Below are positions 37,584 through 47,715 of a DNA stretch of 64,000 nt, one piece after another. A program made the translations under genes and the position numbers. The stretch comes from Patescibacteria group bacterium (GTDB lineage: Bacteria > Patescibacteriota > Minisyncoccia > Phycocordibacterales > PALSA-1337): assembly GCA_038065415.1 (NCBI GenBank), contig JBBTRA010000007.1:34615-98614 (forward strand). Reading direction: 5' to 3'. The first letter of the stretch is position 1. Each line of letters begins with the position of its first letter. Under the pieces are notes generated by a model, which was not told the DNA's origin, ran no database searches, and saw only the letters and a list, made by a program, of their open reading frames with translations.

Positions 37584-38438
37584 ATGGAAACTTGGTTCAT
37601 TCATTCACTCATCGGAGTGGTAGCCATCGGTATAATGATGGCGCTTTTCAAGGTTCCTGTTGCCAAAGGGCATAATAAATATGCATATTCATTTTTGAGC
37701 CTACTGGTGGCCACTCTTTTAGCTGGTATTTTATTCAAGAATTCGGTGCATTTTAACTCCACTGTAATTCTTTTTGCGTCTATGTGGGGAGCTCTATATG
37801 CACTACTTTCTATGCTTCAAATGCAGATGCTTAAAAGGCTCGACACCAATGCTCTCTTCCCTATTACTAGCCTCGGCTCACATACTTTAGTGGTAATACT
37901 TGGAATTACCTTTTTCCATGACAAAATGTCCCCGCTTCAGGGTATAGGAGTGATTGCAACTTTTTTGCTGGTAGGTTTTTATAATTACAATCATAAGCAC
38001 ATAACATTTAGAAACGGCTTGCTTGGTGGGGCTATTGGGATAGTGTTGTTGTCAGCTCTGTCAAAATTTATACAAAAGTTTGCAGCTATTTCTGTGGAAC
38101 TCAATAATTTTATTTTCTGGCAATTATTTTTTGCCACCATAGCAGCATTCTTGATTCTTATCGTTGCAGAGAGAAAAGACCTGAAACAAGGAATGCGGTT
38201 CAATGCCGGTATCGTAATGTGGGGTGCACTCTTGGGAGTTTTGAATTTTGTTGGTACAACTGAAATCACCACCGCTCTTTCTACAGGTCCTTTTTCTCTC
38301 ACTTACACAATTAACTGTTTTTACATCCTCATAACGTCTCTCGTTGCTTGGAGATTCTTCGGTGAAAAACTAACCAGACAAAAAATCATATTTATATTCC
38401 TGTCTATAGGAACAATAATCATGATCGGATTGGGCTAA
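37584..38438 (+). CDS. EamA/DMT-superfamily transporter (about 10 TM)
   Basis: Polytopic membrane protein, duplicated 4-5-TM halves, AT-rich. Confidence 0.55.
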   Translation: METWFIHSLIGVVAIGIMMALFKVPVAKGHNKYAYSFLSLLVATLLAGILFKNSVHFNSTVILFASMWGALYALLSMLQMQMLKRLDTNALFPITSLGSHTLVVILGITFFHDKMSPLQGIGVIATFLLVGFYNYNHKHITFRNGLLGGAIGIVLLSALSKFIQKFAAISVELNNFIFWQLFFATIAAFLILIVAERKDLKQGMRFNAGIVMWGALLGVLNFVGTTEITTALSTGPFSLTYTINCFYILITSLVAWRFFGEKLTRQKIIFIFLSIGTIIMIGLG

Positions 38439-38499
38439 TGTTTTATCACCAAGCATCTCTGTAATAACTAGCCTCTGCGAATACGCTATACTTATACCT

Positions 38500-38973
38500 A
38501 TGATAATTCTCGGCATAGACCCCGGCTACGATCGTCTCGGCATCGCTGTCATAGAGAAAAACGGCAGGAACAAAGAAAAGCTACTTTATTCTGGCTGCCT
38601 CCAGACGTCCGCAAAAGATGACATATACAAGCGATTTGGCCAGATCGGCGCTAAGGTGGCAGAAGTTATAGCCGAATACAAGCCTGAAGCGCTCGCTCTC
38701 GAAACTCTCTTCATCACCAAAAATCAGAAGACTGCTATGCGCGTCGCCGAGGCTCGCGGCATCATCATATACGAGGCCGTCAGAGCAGGTATCCCCGTAT
38801 TCGAGTACAGTCCGATGCAGATCAAGTCAGCTATCACGAGCGACGGAAGAAGCGACAAAGAGCGCGTCATAAAGATGGTTCATATTCTTGTAGATATGCC
38901 AAAGAAGAAAACTGTTGACGATGAGTACGATGCGGTCGCTGTGGCACTTACCCATAGCGCCTGCTCAAAATAA
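38500..38973 (+). CDS. ruvC: crossover junction endodeoxyribonuclease RuvC
   Basis: MIILGIDPGYDRLGIAVIE, a canonical RuvC N-terminus. Confidence 0.9.
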   Translation: MIILGIDPGYDRLGIAVIEKNGRNKEKLLYSGCLQTSAKDDIYKRFGQIGAKVAEVIAEYKPEALALETLFITKNQKTAMRVAEARGIIIYEAVRAGIPVFEYSPMQIKSAITSDGRSDKERVIKMVHILVDMPKKKTVDDEYDAVAVALTHSACSK

Positions 38974-39066
38974 CCACCTTAGGATATCCCCAGCTTTCGT
39001 TTGTTGCCAAAATAAAAAGACTTTGTTACAACTATCGACACAGGAGTTATCAAGTAATTTATAGGT

Positions 39067-39330
39067 ATGCCTACGGTCAAACATCCGCGCACAAAAATAC
39101 ATAAAGCTGTTGCCCCGACTGAAGAACACGATGAAGCGGTAGAGAGTGAGGTGCTTCCCGTAAAAATAAAGAAGGCTATAGAAATAGACGAGCCTGAGCC
39201 AGCAGTTATCGGTGTAGAAGAGAAGCTCGAGGAAGACCCCCTCGCGACGCCCACAGAAGATGATGAGGCTGAGGAGTTATCTCTTGATGGCGAAGAGCTC
39301 AACCCATTCGGAGACCGCTGGGAAGAGTAA
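39067..39330 (+). CDS. hypothetical small acidic protein
   Basis: 87-aa E/D-rich ORF between ruvC and the PBP gene. Confidence 0.35.
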   Translation: MPTVKHPRTKIHKAVAPTEEHDEAVESEVLPVKIKKAIEIDEPEPAVIGVEEKLEEDPLATPTEDDEAEELSLDGEELNPFGDRWEE

Positions 39331-39385
39331 TCTCGCATTTCATTGACGGCTTCCGTGGGGGTGGTAGATTTGCTACTATACCCAT

Positions 39386-41917
39386 ATGCCGCACAGAAAA
39401 AATAAGGTTCATCGCCATATCAAGTCTATCGTAGCTCTGGGCCTATCCGCAGGCTTCATTGTGGCAGGACTCATTGCCCTATGGGTCGCCACACTCGAGA
39501 TGCCTGACCTCAGTTCATTCCAGAATCGCAAGAGCATAGAATCTACCAAAATATTCGATAGAAGTGGTACTATCCTTCTCTATGATACTGGTAAAGACGC
39601 CAAGAGGACCGCTCTCCCCCTCGCCAACATATCACCACTCATACAGCAGGCCACGATCGCTATCGAGGACTCTAATTTTTATACTAACATCGGCATTGAG
39701 CCGACATCTATCATCCGTGCAGTCCTTGCGAACATAGCCACTGGCGACTACGGTCAAGGAGCATCGACCATCACTCAACAAGTCGTTAAGAACTCGCTTC
39801 TGACCAAGGACAAGACATTGACTCGAAAGATCAAGGAGTGGGTCATCGCAGTGAAGCTCACCCGCGTCATGAGCAAGGATCAGATCCTCGAGACATATCT
39901 CAACGACACTTCCTATGGAGGTACTATCTTCGGGGTCGAGGAAGCTAGCCGTACATTCTTTGGCAGTCCAGCCAAAGACGTCACTCTTGCCCAAGCATCA
40001 TACTTAGCAGCCATACCTCAAGCGCCTACCTACTATTCCCCGTATGGGACTCACCGAGATGCTCTCGATGCGCGCCGCAAACTCGTATTGCGAAGAATGC
40101 TCGATTTGAGCATCATATCCCAAGAAGAGCACGATGCCGCTCTAGAAGAGAAGGTGCAATTCCTCGCCAAGAACGACTCGAGCATTCGAGCCCCTCACTT
40201 CGTGATGTTCGTGAAGGATTACATAACACAAAAGTACGGCGAAGAAATGGTTTCTGATGGTGGGCTTCGTGTCATAACGACGCTCGATTATGATCTGCAA
40301 CAGAAAGCCGAGGAAACTATCACAAAATTCGGCCCGTCCCTCGCTTCAAACTTCAATGCAAGCAATACTGCCATGGTCGCTTTGGATCCAAAGACTGGCG
40401 ATATCCTCACCATGGTCGGTTCACGAGATTATTTCGATTCCTCTATCGACGGCAACTTCAATATCGCCCTCGCTCAGCGCCAGCCTGGATCAACATTCAA
40501 ACCGTTCGTATATGCGACAGCTTTCAAAAAAGGCTACACCCCAGAAACTGTTCTCTTTGATACAGAGACGGAATTTTCAACACAGTGCACCGTCGAAGGA
40601 AAACCAAAGAAGGATGGTGCTGACCCAACAAAGGTCTGTTATTCACCTGACGAATATGACCACCTTTTCCCTGGCCCGATGAGTATACGCAAAGCTCTCG
40701 CCCAATCTAGAAATATCCCTGCAGTAAAAGCACTCTACCTAGCAGGCATCGCCAACGCCATACAGACAGGAGAAGACATGGGCATCACCAGTCTCACTGA
40801 TCCAAACAGGTATGGACTCACGCTGGTGCTTGGAGGAGGAGAAGTATCTCTGCTCGAGCTCACCAGTGCATACGGAGTATTCGCCAATGATGGCATGCGT
40901 AACCCCTATCGCTCAGTTCTGCGTGTCGAGGACAGTAAGGGTACGATACTAGAAGATGTAGGCCCTCCAGCATCCGTGTCCGCCCTGCAACCTGAGATTG
41001 CTCGACAAATCTCTGACATCCTTTCAGACAACAGTGTACGCATGGAAAGCCTCAAACCTATCGCCGACAGCGTCGGACGTCAGGTAGCCATAAAGACTGG
41101 TACGACCAATGATTACCGAGATGTGTGGGCTATCGGCTATACCCCAAACTTGGTCGTCGGTGCCTGGGCAGGAAAAAATGACAACACCCCTATGCGACAA
41201 AATGTCGCAGGATTGATTATTGCACCAGTCTGGGGAGCATTCATGGCAGAGGTTGCAACCAATTTCCCTCCAGAGAATTTCCAGGCTCCACCACCTCCTC
41301 TTTCAGATAATAAGCCTGTCTTGCGTGGTATATGGCAAGGAGGTGCATCTTATTGGAAAGATTCCGTATCTGGAAAAGTCGCAACTGAGTATACCCCTAT
41401 AGAAACCAAGAAAGAAGTTATATTCAACAATGTACACAGTATCCTCAATTGGGTCGACAAGGATGACCCACGAGGTCCAGCTCCTACTGATCCGAAGGAG
41501 GACTCGCAATATGAATACTGGGAATATGGTGTGAGGAAGTGGTTCACGGAATACCAAAAGGCGAACCCCGACTTCAAGGAGGCTACGACCATAAACATTC
41601 CCAACACTACCGATGATGTGCACCTACCAGAAAAAGCTCCGCGCGTATCTTTCATTTCTCCACAACCGGGCACATCGATCGGTCCACGCGACAGTCTTGT
41701 CATACAGCTTCGCTCAACCGGTGCATATCAGCCACAGAAGACTGAGGTTCGTCTCAATGGCAAGTACATCCTCACTTCGGACAAAGATCCTCTGAATATC
41801 TCCTTCTTTCCTTCAGATGTAGGTAGCCTCGACGACGAGAATACTCTCTCTGTCACACTTTATGACAGTGTATTCAACAAGAGCACTGCCACAACAACAT
41901 TCTCTGTTAGAGACTAG
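39386..41917 (+). CDS. class A penicillin-binding protein (PBP1A; transglycosylase plus transpeptidase)
   Basis: N-terminal TM; GT51 motifs (EDSNFYTN, GASTITQQ); transpeptidase SxxK (STFKP), SxN and KTGT. Has a C-terminal extra domain. Confidence 0.9.
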   Translation: MPHRKNKVHRHIKSIVALGLSAGFIVAGLIALWVATLEMPDLSSFQNRKSIESTKIFDRSGTILLYDTGKDAKRTALPLANISPLIQQATIAIEDSNFYTNIGIEPTSIIRAVLANIATGDYGQGASTITQQVVKNSLLTKDKTLTRKIKEWVIAVKLTRVMSKDQILETYLNDTSYGGTIFGVEEASRTFFGSPAKDVTLAQASYLAAIPQAPTYYSPYGTHRDALDARRKLVLRRMLDLSIISQEEHDAALEEKVQFLAKNDSSIRAPHFVMFVKDYITQKYGEEMVSDGGLRVITTLDYDLQQKAEETITKFGPSLASNFNASNTAMVALDPKTGDILTMVGSRDYFDSSIDGNFNIALAQRQPGSTFKPFVYATAFKKGYTPETVLFDTETEFSTQCTVEGKPKKDGADPTKVCYSPDEYDHLFPGPMSIRKALAQSRNIPAVKALYLAGIANAIQTGEDMGITSLTDPNRYGLTLVLGGGEVSLLELTSAYGVFANDGMRNPYRSVLRVEDSKGTILEDVGPPASVSALQPEIARQISDILSDNSVRMESLKPIADSVGRQVAIKTGTTNDYRDVWAIGYTPNLVVGAWAGKNDNTPMRQNVAGLIIAPVWGAFMAEVATNFPPENFQAPPPPLSDNKPVLRGIWQGGASYWKDSVSGKVATEYTPIETKKEVIFNNVHSILNWVDKDDPRGPAPTDPKEDSQYEYWEYGVRKWFTEYQKANPDFKEATTINIPNTTDDVHLPEKAPRVSFISPQPGTSIGPRDSLVIQLRSTGAYQPQKTEVRLNGKYILTSDKDPLNISFFPSDVGSLDDENTLSVTLYDSVFNKSTATTTFSVRD

Positions 41918-41948
41918 TGCCGTAGAGACCAAAAATTTGCATGGGTCC

Positions 41949-42209
41949 TTACCTAATATCAGTAACAACTCTGATCGATTGTTGAGAATTGATCTCCGAG
42001 AGAATTGTTTGCTTCTTTATGAAGATCTGCGATCTCTGCATAGCGGTGATACCCTTCAGGATAGCCGTAGACGAACTAAAATCGATATATTCAAGGGGGA
42101 TATCGAACCGAGCATGCTTCTTGATAGCTTCAGCTACTGTGGAACGTACTGCCAGCTCTTTTGAATGCTTGCCTTGTATCCTTTTGAAGAATTCTGATAT
42201 CTTGAGCAT
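41949..42209 (-). CDS. hypothetical small protein downstream of dnaN
   Basis: 86-aa ORF in the position often held by a small RNA-binding protein after dnaN. No motif recognised. Confidence 0.35.
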   Translation of the reverse strand: MLKISEFFKRIQGKHSKELAVRSTVAEAIKKHARFDIPLEYIDFSSSTAILKGITAMQRSQIFIKKQTILSEINSQQSIRVVTDIR

Positions 42210-42218
42210 AGGTATTCC

Positions 42219-43325
42219 CTATCTGTTCATTGGCATGACGAGATACAGGAATGTCTGATCTCCAGAAACCGGTTTTACAACCACGGGTCTGTTGAGACCG
42301 TTGAGTTGGAGCGAAATACTGTCTGCATCAATCGACTGGAAACCATCAATGAGGTACTTGTAGTTAAAATTGATCTCCATTCTCTCCCCCGTAAGGGCAG
42401 CATCGACGACGGTTTGATTCTCACCAATATCACTATTCTTGGTTTGTATCTCGAACATCTTACCTTTTGGATCTATAGTGAGATGCACTTGATTGAATTT
42501 GTCAGAGAATATGTTTGATATCTTGAGTGAGTTCAGAATATCTTGCTTGAGAGCGACAACTTCCGTAGTGAATGTTTTTGGAATAATCTGACGATAGTCT
42601 GGAAATACTCCATCGATAACACGCGATACTATATAAATGCCATTATTCTCAAATGAGATAAGATTTTTGCTGGTTTTGATAGTGGTTGTACTCCCCATAT
42701 TCTGCAGAACCCTTATGATATCTTGAGTATTCTTGAATGGGATCAATGTATCGCTCAATTTCGAATTATCTGGATTCTTCACTTTCTTCTCCGCTAAACG
42801 GAATGAGTCTGTTGCAACGAATGTTAGGTATTCCCCATCTTTGTACACATATATACTCGAAAGCTCTGGTTTTACACTAGAAATTGAAGCACTATAGGCA
42901 ACCGCACTCAACCCTTGTATGAAGATATCTGGAGCAATTGTATACTCCTGACCATCCGTAACCTTTGGTATTGGTGGAAAATCTTCAGGGGGAAGGGTTT
43001 TTATAACTCCTTTTGATTTACTGGTCTTGATATGAGCGTTTCCTGATACAACCTCTATAGACACCACTTGATTCTGATCCGTTATTTGAGATACGAAAGA
43101 TGAGAGTGTATGAGCTGGTATAGCTATCACACCTGTACCATCTGACTTTACAGGAACTGAGATCTCTACCCCCACATCGAGATTTGTCGCCTTGAATAGA
43201 GCGCTATTCTTCTCTACCTCTATCAATATACATGAAAGGACGGGTAATGTTTGATGTTTACCAGCTACCCTTTCTATGAGTTGTATTGTCTCTCTGAGTT
43301 TTTTGAATCCGATGTCTATCTTCAT
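42219..43325 (-). CDS. dnaN: DNA polymerase III beta subunit (sliding clamp)
   Basis: 368 aa with a three-domain clamp pattern, directly downstream of dnaA. Confidence 0.9.
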   Translation of the reverse strand: MKIDIGFKKLRETIQLIERVAGKHQTLPVLSCILIEVEKNSALFKATNLDVGVEISVPVKSDGTGVIAIPAHTLSSFVSQITDQNQVVSIEVVSGNAHIKTSKSKGVIKTLPPEDFPPIPKVTDGQEYTIAPDIFIQGLSAVAYSASISSVKPELSSIYVYKDGEYLTFVATDSFRLAEKKVKNPDNSKLSDTLIPFKNTQDIIRVLQNMGSTTTIKTSKNLISFENNGIYIVSRVIDGVFPDYRQIIPKTFTTEVVALKQDILNSLKISNIFSDKFNQVHLTIDPKGKMFEIQTKNSDIGENQTVVDAALTGERMEINFNYKYLIDGFQSIDADSISLQLNGLNRPVVVKPVSGDQTFLYLVMPMNR

Positions 43326-43553
43326 GGTATTGTTCTTTTTTTATACAAAACACAGTTTTGTTATTAGTCCTGTGGGTATGTGTATAAAGTTAATATGTGG
43401 CTTAGATACTATTTATTTTTGATTTTATTTTTCCAACTTCCTGTTGAGGAGAAATCAGACTTTTTAAAACATCTCATTTCTGTGTATTACTCGGTCAGTT
43501 ACCCACATGTTTATCCTCGCTTATGTACATGCTACCCACACCTTCTCCCCACT
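43326..43553. promoter_or_regulatory. dnaA-dnaN intergenic region with DnaA-box-like 9-mers (candidate oriC segment)
   Basis: TTACCCACA, CTACCCACA and TGTGGGTAT near-matches to TTATCCACA, plus AT-rich tracts. Confidence 0.45.
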
Positions 43554-44900
43554 CTACAGCATCGTCCTCACCTGCGTAATCTCCTGTGACAACAACTGAT
43601 CAGTTTTCATCTCCTCGCGCATCTTTTCGTATGAATGAATGACAGTGGTATGATCTCTACCACCAAGCTTCTCTCCGATAGATGGGAAGGATATACCGAA
43701 ATCCTCACGAAGGATGTACATGACCACCTGGCGAGGGCGCACCACCTCCTTCCTGCGGGTTTTGTTGTATATGCTATCCTCGTCTATGTTGTAGAACTCA
43801 GAGACGATCTTCACTACATCCTTCACAGACATCATTTTCTTTGGTTTAACGTTGTTTTTGAGGATATTTCTGATCTCGTTGAGGCTCAGTTCCCTATTTT
43901 TGAGCTGAGTCTGACAAGCGATGACGTTGATGATACCTTCTATCTCGCGGATATTGTCCTCTATAGATGAAGAGATGTAGTCTATTATCTCATCAGAAAG
44001 GGTTATGTTGTGAGGTGCACACTTACTGCGGACGATCATCATACGCGACTCTTGATCGGGCTCAGGTATATCTATGATCATGCCTGCGTTAAATCTGCCC
44101 TTGAGACGGTCTTCGAGGCCTGGTATGACATTTGGATGTTTATCAGAGGAGAATATGAGCTGACGCGATGAATCATAGAAGGTATTGAAGAAATGAAAGA
44201 GTTCTTCCTGGAATTTTTCTTTGCCAGCAAAAAACTGCACATCATCCATAATGATCACGTCATATTTGCGGTACCTATCTTTGAAAGCCTGAACCTTTGC
44301 CTCTTGAATGGCTGAAAAGAGCTCAGAACCGAACCTTTCAGATGTAAGATAGAAGACTTTTTTGTTCGGATGGAGCTTTTTGATCTGGTTGCCTACAGCT
44401 TGGATGATATGCGTCTTACCACGACCGGTCTGTCCGTATATGAAGAGGGGGTTATATGACTGTCCTGGCGTCTTTACGACCGTCTGGGAGGCGGCATGGG
44501 CAAGTTCATTGAAGGGTCCAACGATAAGGGTCTCAAAAGTGTAGCGAGGATTGAGATTATCATCCTTATTCACATAGAAATCCTGCAACGGCATGGCTAT
44601 TGTAGGCATGCTGATCACGTCTTTCTTGGATTGGTGCGAACCCTTCCCTTCTTCTTTGATGATTACGTACTCAAGGGCGCGTACACGTTCATTCATCTGG
44701 CGCAGGATGCGCAGTATTGAGTTGTGGAACTTCTTTTGTAGCCACTCATGAGTGAATGAGTTAGGGACTCCGAGATATACCACCCCCTCATCTTCGCGCA
44801 GTATTCTGATGTCTTTGAACCATGTGGAGAAGTTTGCTTGAGAAACAGCAGTCTCTATCTCTATGAGTGCAGTCTGCCACATTTTCGTGAAGTCATTCAT
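43554..44900 (-). CDS. dnaA: chromosomal replication initiator protein DnaA
   Basis: AAA+ GQTGRGKTH motif and a C-terminal DnaA-box-binding HTH ([10 protein letters not shown]). Confidence 0.95.
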   Translation of the reverse strand: MNDFTKMWQTALIEIETAVSQANFSTWFKDIRILREDEGVVYLGVPNSFTHEWLQKKFHNSILRILRQMNERVRALEYVIIKEEGKGSHQSKKDVISMPTIAMPLQDFYVNKDDNLNPRYTFETLIVGPFNELAHAASQTVVKTPGQSYNPLFIYGQTGRGKTHIIQAVGNQIKKLHPNKKVFYLTSERFGSELFSAIQEAKVQAFKDRYRKYDVIIMDDVQFFAGKEKFQEELFHFFNTFYDSSRQLIFSSDKHPNVIPGLEDRLKGRFNAGMIIDIPEPDQESRMMIVRSKCAPHNITLSDEIIDYISSSIEDNIREIEGIINVIACQTQLKNRELSLNEIRNILKNNVKPKKMMSVKDVVKIVSEFYNIDEDSIYNKTRRKEVVRPRQVVMYILREDFGISFPSIGEKLGGRDHTTVIHSYEKMREEMKTDQLLSQEITQVRTML

Positions 44901-45063
44901 AGGATTTGGTGCCTATAAGTATATACCTGTTTATAGATTTGCAAACTTGTGGAGAACAAAAAAATATGTTGATAAGTTGGGGACAACAAACAATAACATC
45001 AATTGTGCAACACTGTCTTCAATAATATTGATTTATATCGAGATGTGCGGTATAGTCCTATCC

Positions 45064-45198
45064 ATGTCATTCACGTATAACCCAAACAAGCGCAAGCGCG
45101 CTAAGTCGCACGGATTCCGCGTCCGTATGAAGACTGCTCCAGGCCGTAAGGTCCTCGCTCGCCGCCGTGCCAAGGGCCGCACCCGCGTCGCTGTATAA
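45064..45198 (+). CDS. rpmH: 50S ribosomal protein L34
   Basis: [44 protein letters not shown]. Confidence 0.9.
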   Translation: MSFTYNPNKRKRAKSHGFRVRMKTAPGRKVLARRRAKGRTRVAV

Positions 45199-45199
45199 T

Positions 45200-45535
45200 A
45201 TGTCTCCCCGTTCACAGAGGCTCTCTGCTGAACAATTCAACTCCGTCATGGAAAAAGGAAGAGTCTCCCACTCTTCCCTTTTTCTCATGCGCCTAGTCAG
45301 TGGATCAACGGATACTAGGGTGGCTGCGGTTGCTCCCAAGAAAGTCGCCAAGACAGCAGTGATGCGCAACAAAATCAGGCGCAAGATATATGAGGCATTG
45401 AAAGTGATCAAACCTACATTGAAACCAAGCTTCCATGCCATAGTTTTGGCCAAACCTGCCATGATGCAGAAAAAGCAGATAGAGATAGTGGCTGACATGC
45501 GGGAGCTCTTTGTTAAAGCCAACCTTTTGAGGTAA
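45200..45535 (+). CDS. rnpA: ribonuclease P protein component
   Basis: Basic protein of about 111 aa immediately after rpmH, with an RnpA-like RNR motif (MRNKIRRKIYE). Confidence 0.8.
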   Translation: MSPRSQRLSAEQFNSVMEKGRVSHSSLFLMRLVSGSTDTRVAAVAPKKVAKTAVMRNKIRRKIYEALKVIKPTLKPSFHAIVLAKPAMMQKKQIEIVADMRELFVKANLLR

Positions 45536-45546
45536 CATGTACTTCT

Positions 45547-46296
45547 ATGTATAACGAACTCATATTTCGCCCGCTCTACAACGGCCTTGTTGGGATTATG
45601 GATCTCATACCGTGGATAGATGTCGGTATAGCCGTCATTATCTTTACTGCGATTGTGAAGCTCATCCTCTTTCCTCTTTCCAAGTCTTCTCTCCTGACTC
45701 AGGTCAAAATGAAAGAGATAGAGCCTGAGGCAGCGAAGGTCAGGGCGCAATATGCGTCAGACAGGCAGTTGCAGGCGCTCAAGATCATGGAGCTCTACAA
45801 ATCCAAGAACATCAAGCCGTTCTCGGGCATCCTCCTTCTCTTTATACAACTCCCAATACTGTTTGCACTCATATCGGTTTTCTACAAGATCATACCTACG
45901 ATTGATCCACAGTATCTCTACAGCTTCATTTCAGCGCCGGACATTTCTGGGAAGATCAATTTTCTCGGCCTCATAGACCTTACCCAAAAGAGCCTTATCT
46001 TGTCGTTGGCCACAGGAGCCATACAGTACCTTCAGTTACACTTCTCGCTGGCCTCGCGCCCCCCTGCTCCAGCTCCCGCTGGACAGACACCAGATATGGC
46101 CACCCAACTATCGCACTCCATGAGCAAGCAGATGAAGTATCTCCTTCCTATTATCGCCTTCGCTTCGACTTACTGGCTCATTCCAGCTCAGTTCCCGCAA
46201 GCAGCTGCTATTATCGCCATCTACTGGTCTACGAGTACGCTCTTCACTCTTGTTCAAGAGCTCTACATACGTAAAAAGCATATTGGTAAGCTGTAG
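45547..46296 (+). CDS. yidC: membrane protein insertase YidC/Oxa1 (short form)
   Basis: Follows rnpA. 249 aa with 5 TM helices and YidC-like motifs (LLLFIQLPILFAL). Confidence 0.85.
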   Translation: MYNELIFRPLYNGLVGIMDLIPWIDVGIAVIIFTAIVKLILFPLSKSSLLTQVKMKEIEPEAAKVRAQYASDRQLQALKIMELYKSKNIKPFSGILLLFIQLPILFALISVFYKIIPTIDPQYLYSFISAPDISGKINFLGLIDLTQKSLILSLATGAIQYLQLHFSLASRPPAPAPAGQTPDMATQLSHSMSKQMKYLLPIIAFASTYWLIPAQFPQAAAIIAIYWSTSTLFTLVQELYIRKKHIGKL

Positions 46297-46297
46297 G

Positions 46298-46405
46298 AAG
46301 CCAGCAGGACACATGCATTTCTGCTTGGCTATGTCGTGTTTGTACACGACATATTAGTGTACCGTTCTGCATAGCCAAGCAGAAATGCATGTGTCCTGCT
46401 GGCTT
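46298..46405. repeat. long perfect inverted repeat: 36-bp arms, 36-nt spacer containing a nested 7-bp hairpin
   Basis: Left arm AAGCCAGCAGGACACATGCATTTCTGCTTGGCTATG matches its exact reverse complement at 46370-46405. It sits between the convergent yidC and the first gene of the T4SS-like operon. Confidence 0.85.
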
Positions 46406-46417
46406 GACTCCTCTTAC

Positions 46418-47713
46418 CTAGTTACTCGAAACGAGATCCAATGACCAGAGAGTCAGGTCATTTTTGTTCATAAAGAAGAGGAAATCATCCTTCTCATCAA
46501 GTCCTAGATTGAAGGCATCGATGACACGATCAGACTTGTCTACGATAGACGATATGAGCTTAATCTCCCCTGTTGCACCGTTTATCTGCCAGATTTTATC
46601 CACAAAAGACACACTTCCCTTGTACCAATCATCTGGGTACGAGCCTACGATTGGCTGACTTGGAGCTGCGCAGTACACCATCTCCTTGTAGAAATTTCCC
46701 CACACACATTTGTCAGACATAGTGCGAACGATGGCATCGACTGTGGTTCCGTCTGCAATGGTGTATAAGTTGGATGATAGAGTTTTTCCACCAGATGAGA
46801 TGAGTACACGCTTGGCGTCAGTGCTCACTTTGGTGCTGATACCTATTACCGGACCGGCGATCTTTCTCCATATACCCGACTTTGGATCTACGAAGTAGAG
46901 GAACCCGCCTTCTGATGCTGTTCCTTTGGTGGTGATGGCTATAGTCTTCTCTTCCGGCCATTCTACATTGACCTGCGTGATCGGTGTGGTGAATATTTGA
47001 GTTATCGACTTTCCATCAAAGCTTGATACGTACCCTACTCCGGTACCACTCTCGTTGATGAGCATGAAGAGTTTGTCTTTCTTTGGGGAAGCGGCATATG
47101 CTATCAGGTTATCAGGAAGCCCTTTGCCTGCGAGCTCATATGGAGTGAGTGACTGCACTGCGGGGACTGTGGGTAGTGTTGAGCTTGCGGTAGAGGTTGC
47201 CACTTTTGGTACGGGGCGGAGTCTGATATCCGCATATACGGTTGATGTCTGACTGGTATTGTCCAAGAAAGATGATCCGATGAATGCCGTGAGGTTCTTA
47301 TTCCATATGCTTGAATATACGCGAGGTACAACCGTATTCGATATGGTCAATAGGTCAAGCTTGTCGCCGTGTGCCTCTATGATGTTCCCTCTTCCTCTAT
47401 CTATCCAGCGCACCACAGTCGTAGTTGCGGTCGTGCTCGCCCCGTATCCTCCAATCGGAGTGGTGCTCAAGAGGCGCAAAGCGGGCAGTTTAACGGCAGT
47501 GACCGGAGTTGTGGTCGACCCTGAAGGTACCTGTGTAGTAGGTGTCGATGGTTCCCCGTTTCCGGTAGGTGTCCTACCGAACGGAGTGAAACCGCTCGGA
47601 GTCTGTCCACCGTCTGGAGTAGCTGTATCCGTCGAGGTGCGCATGAAGAAGTACCAGTAGGCACCGGCACCGAGAAGTATGAAAACCAAAATGATAGGAA
47701 GTACTTTTTTCAT
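46418..47713 (-). CDS. secreted/anchored beta-rich protein (N-terminal TM, Thr/Pro linker, probable beta-propeller-like domain)
   Basis: 431 aa. N-terminal TM then TPSGFTPFGRTPTG, a motif shared with the 58705..59709 protein. Confidence 0.5.
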   Translation of the reverse strand: MKKVLPIILVFILLGAGAYWYFFMRTSTDTATPDGGQTPSGFTPFGRTPTGNGEPSTPTTQVPSGSTTTPVTAVKLPALRLLSTTPIGGYGASTTATTTVVRWIDRGRGNIIEAHGDKLDLLTISNTVVPRVYSSIWNKNLTAFIGSSFLDNTSQTSTVYADIRLRPVPKVATSTASSTLPTVPAVQSLTPYELAGKGLPDNLIAYAASPKKDKLFMLINESGTGVGYVSSFDGKSITQIFTTPITQVNVEWPEEKTIAITTKGTASEGGFLYFVDPKSGIWRKIAGPVIGISTKVSTDAKRVLISSGGKTLSSNLYTIADGTTVDAIVRTMSDKCVWGNFYKEMVYCAAPSQPIVGSYPDDWYKGSVSFVDKIWQINGATGEIKLISSIVDKSDRVIDAFNLGLDEKDDFLFFMNKNDLTLWSLDLVSSN

Positions 47714-47715
47714 GG

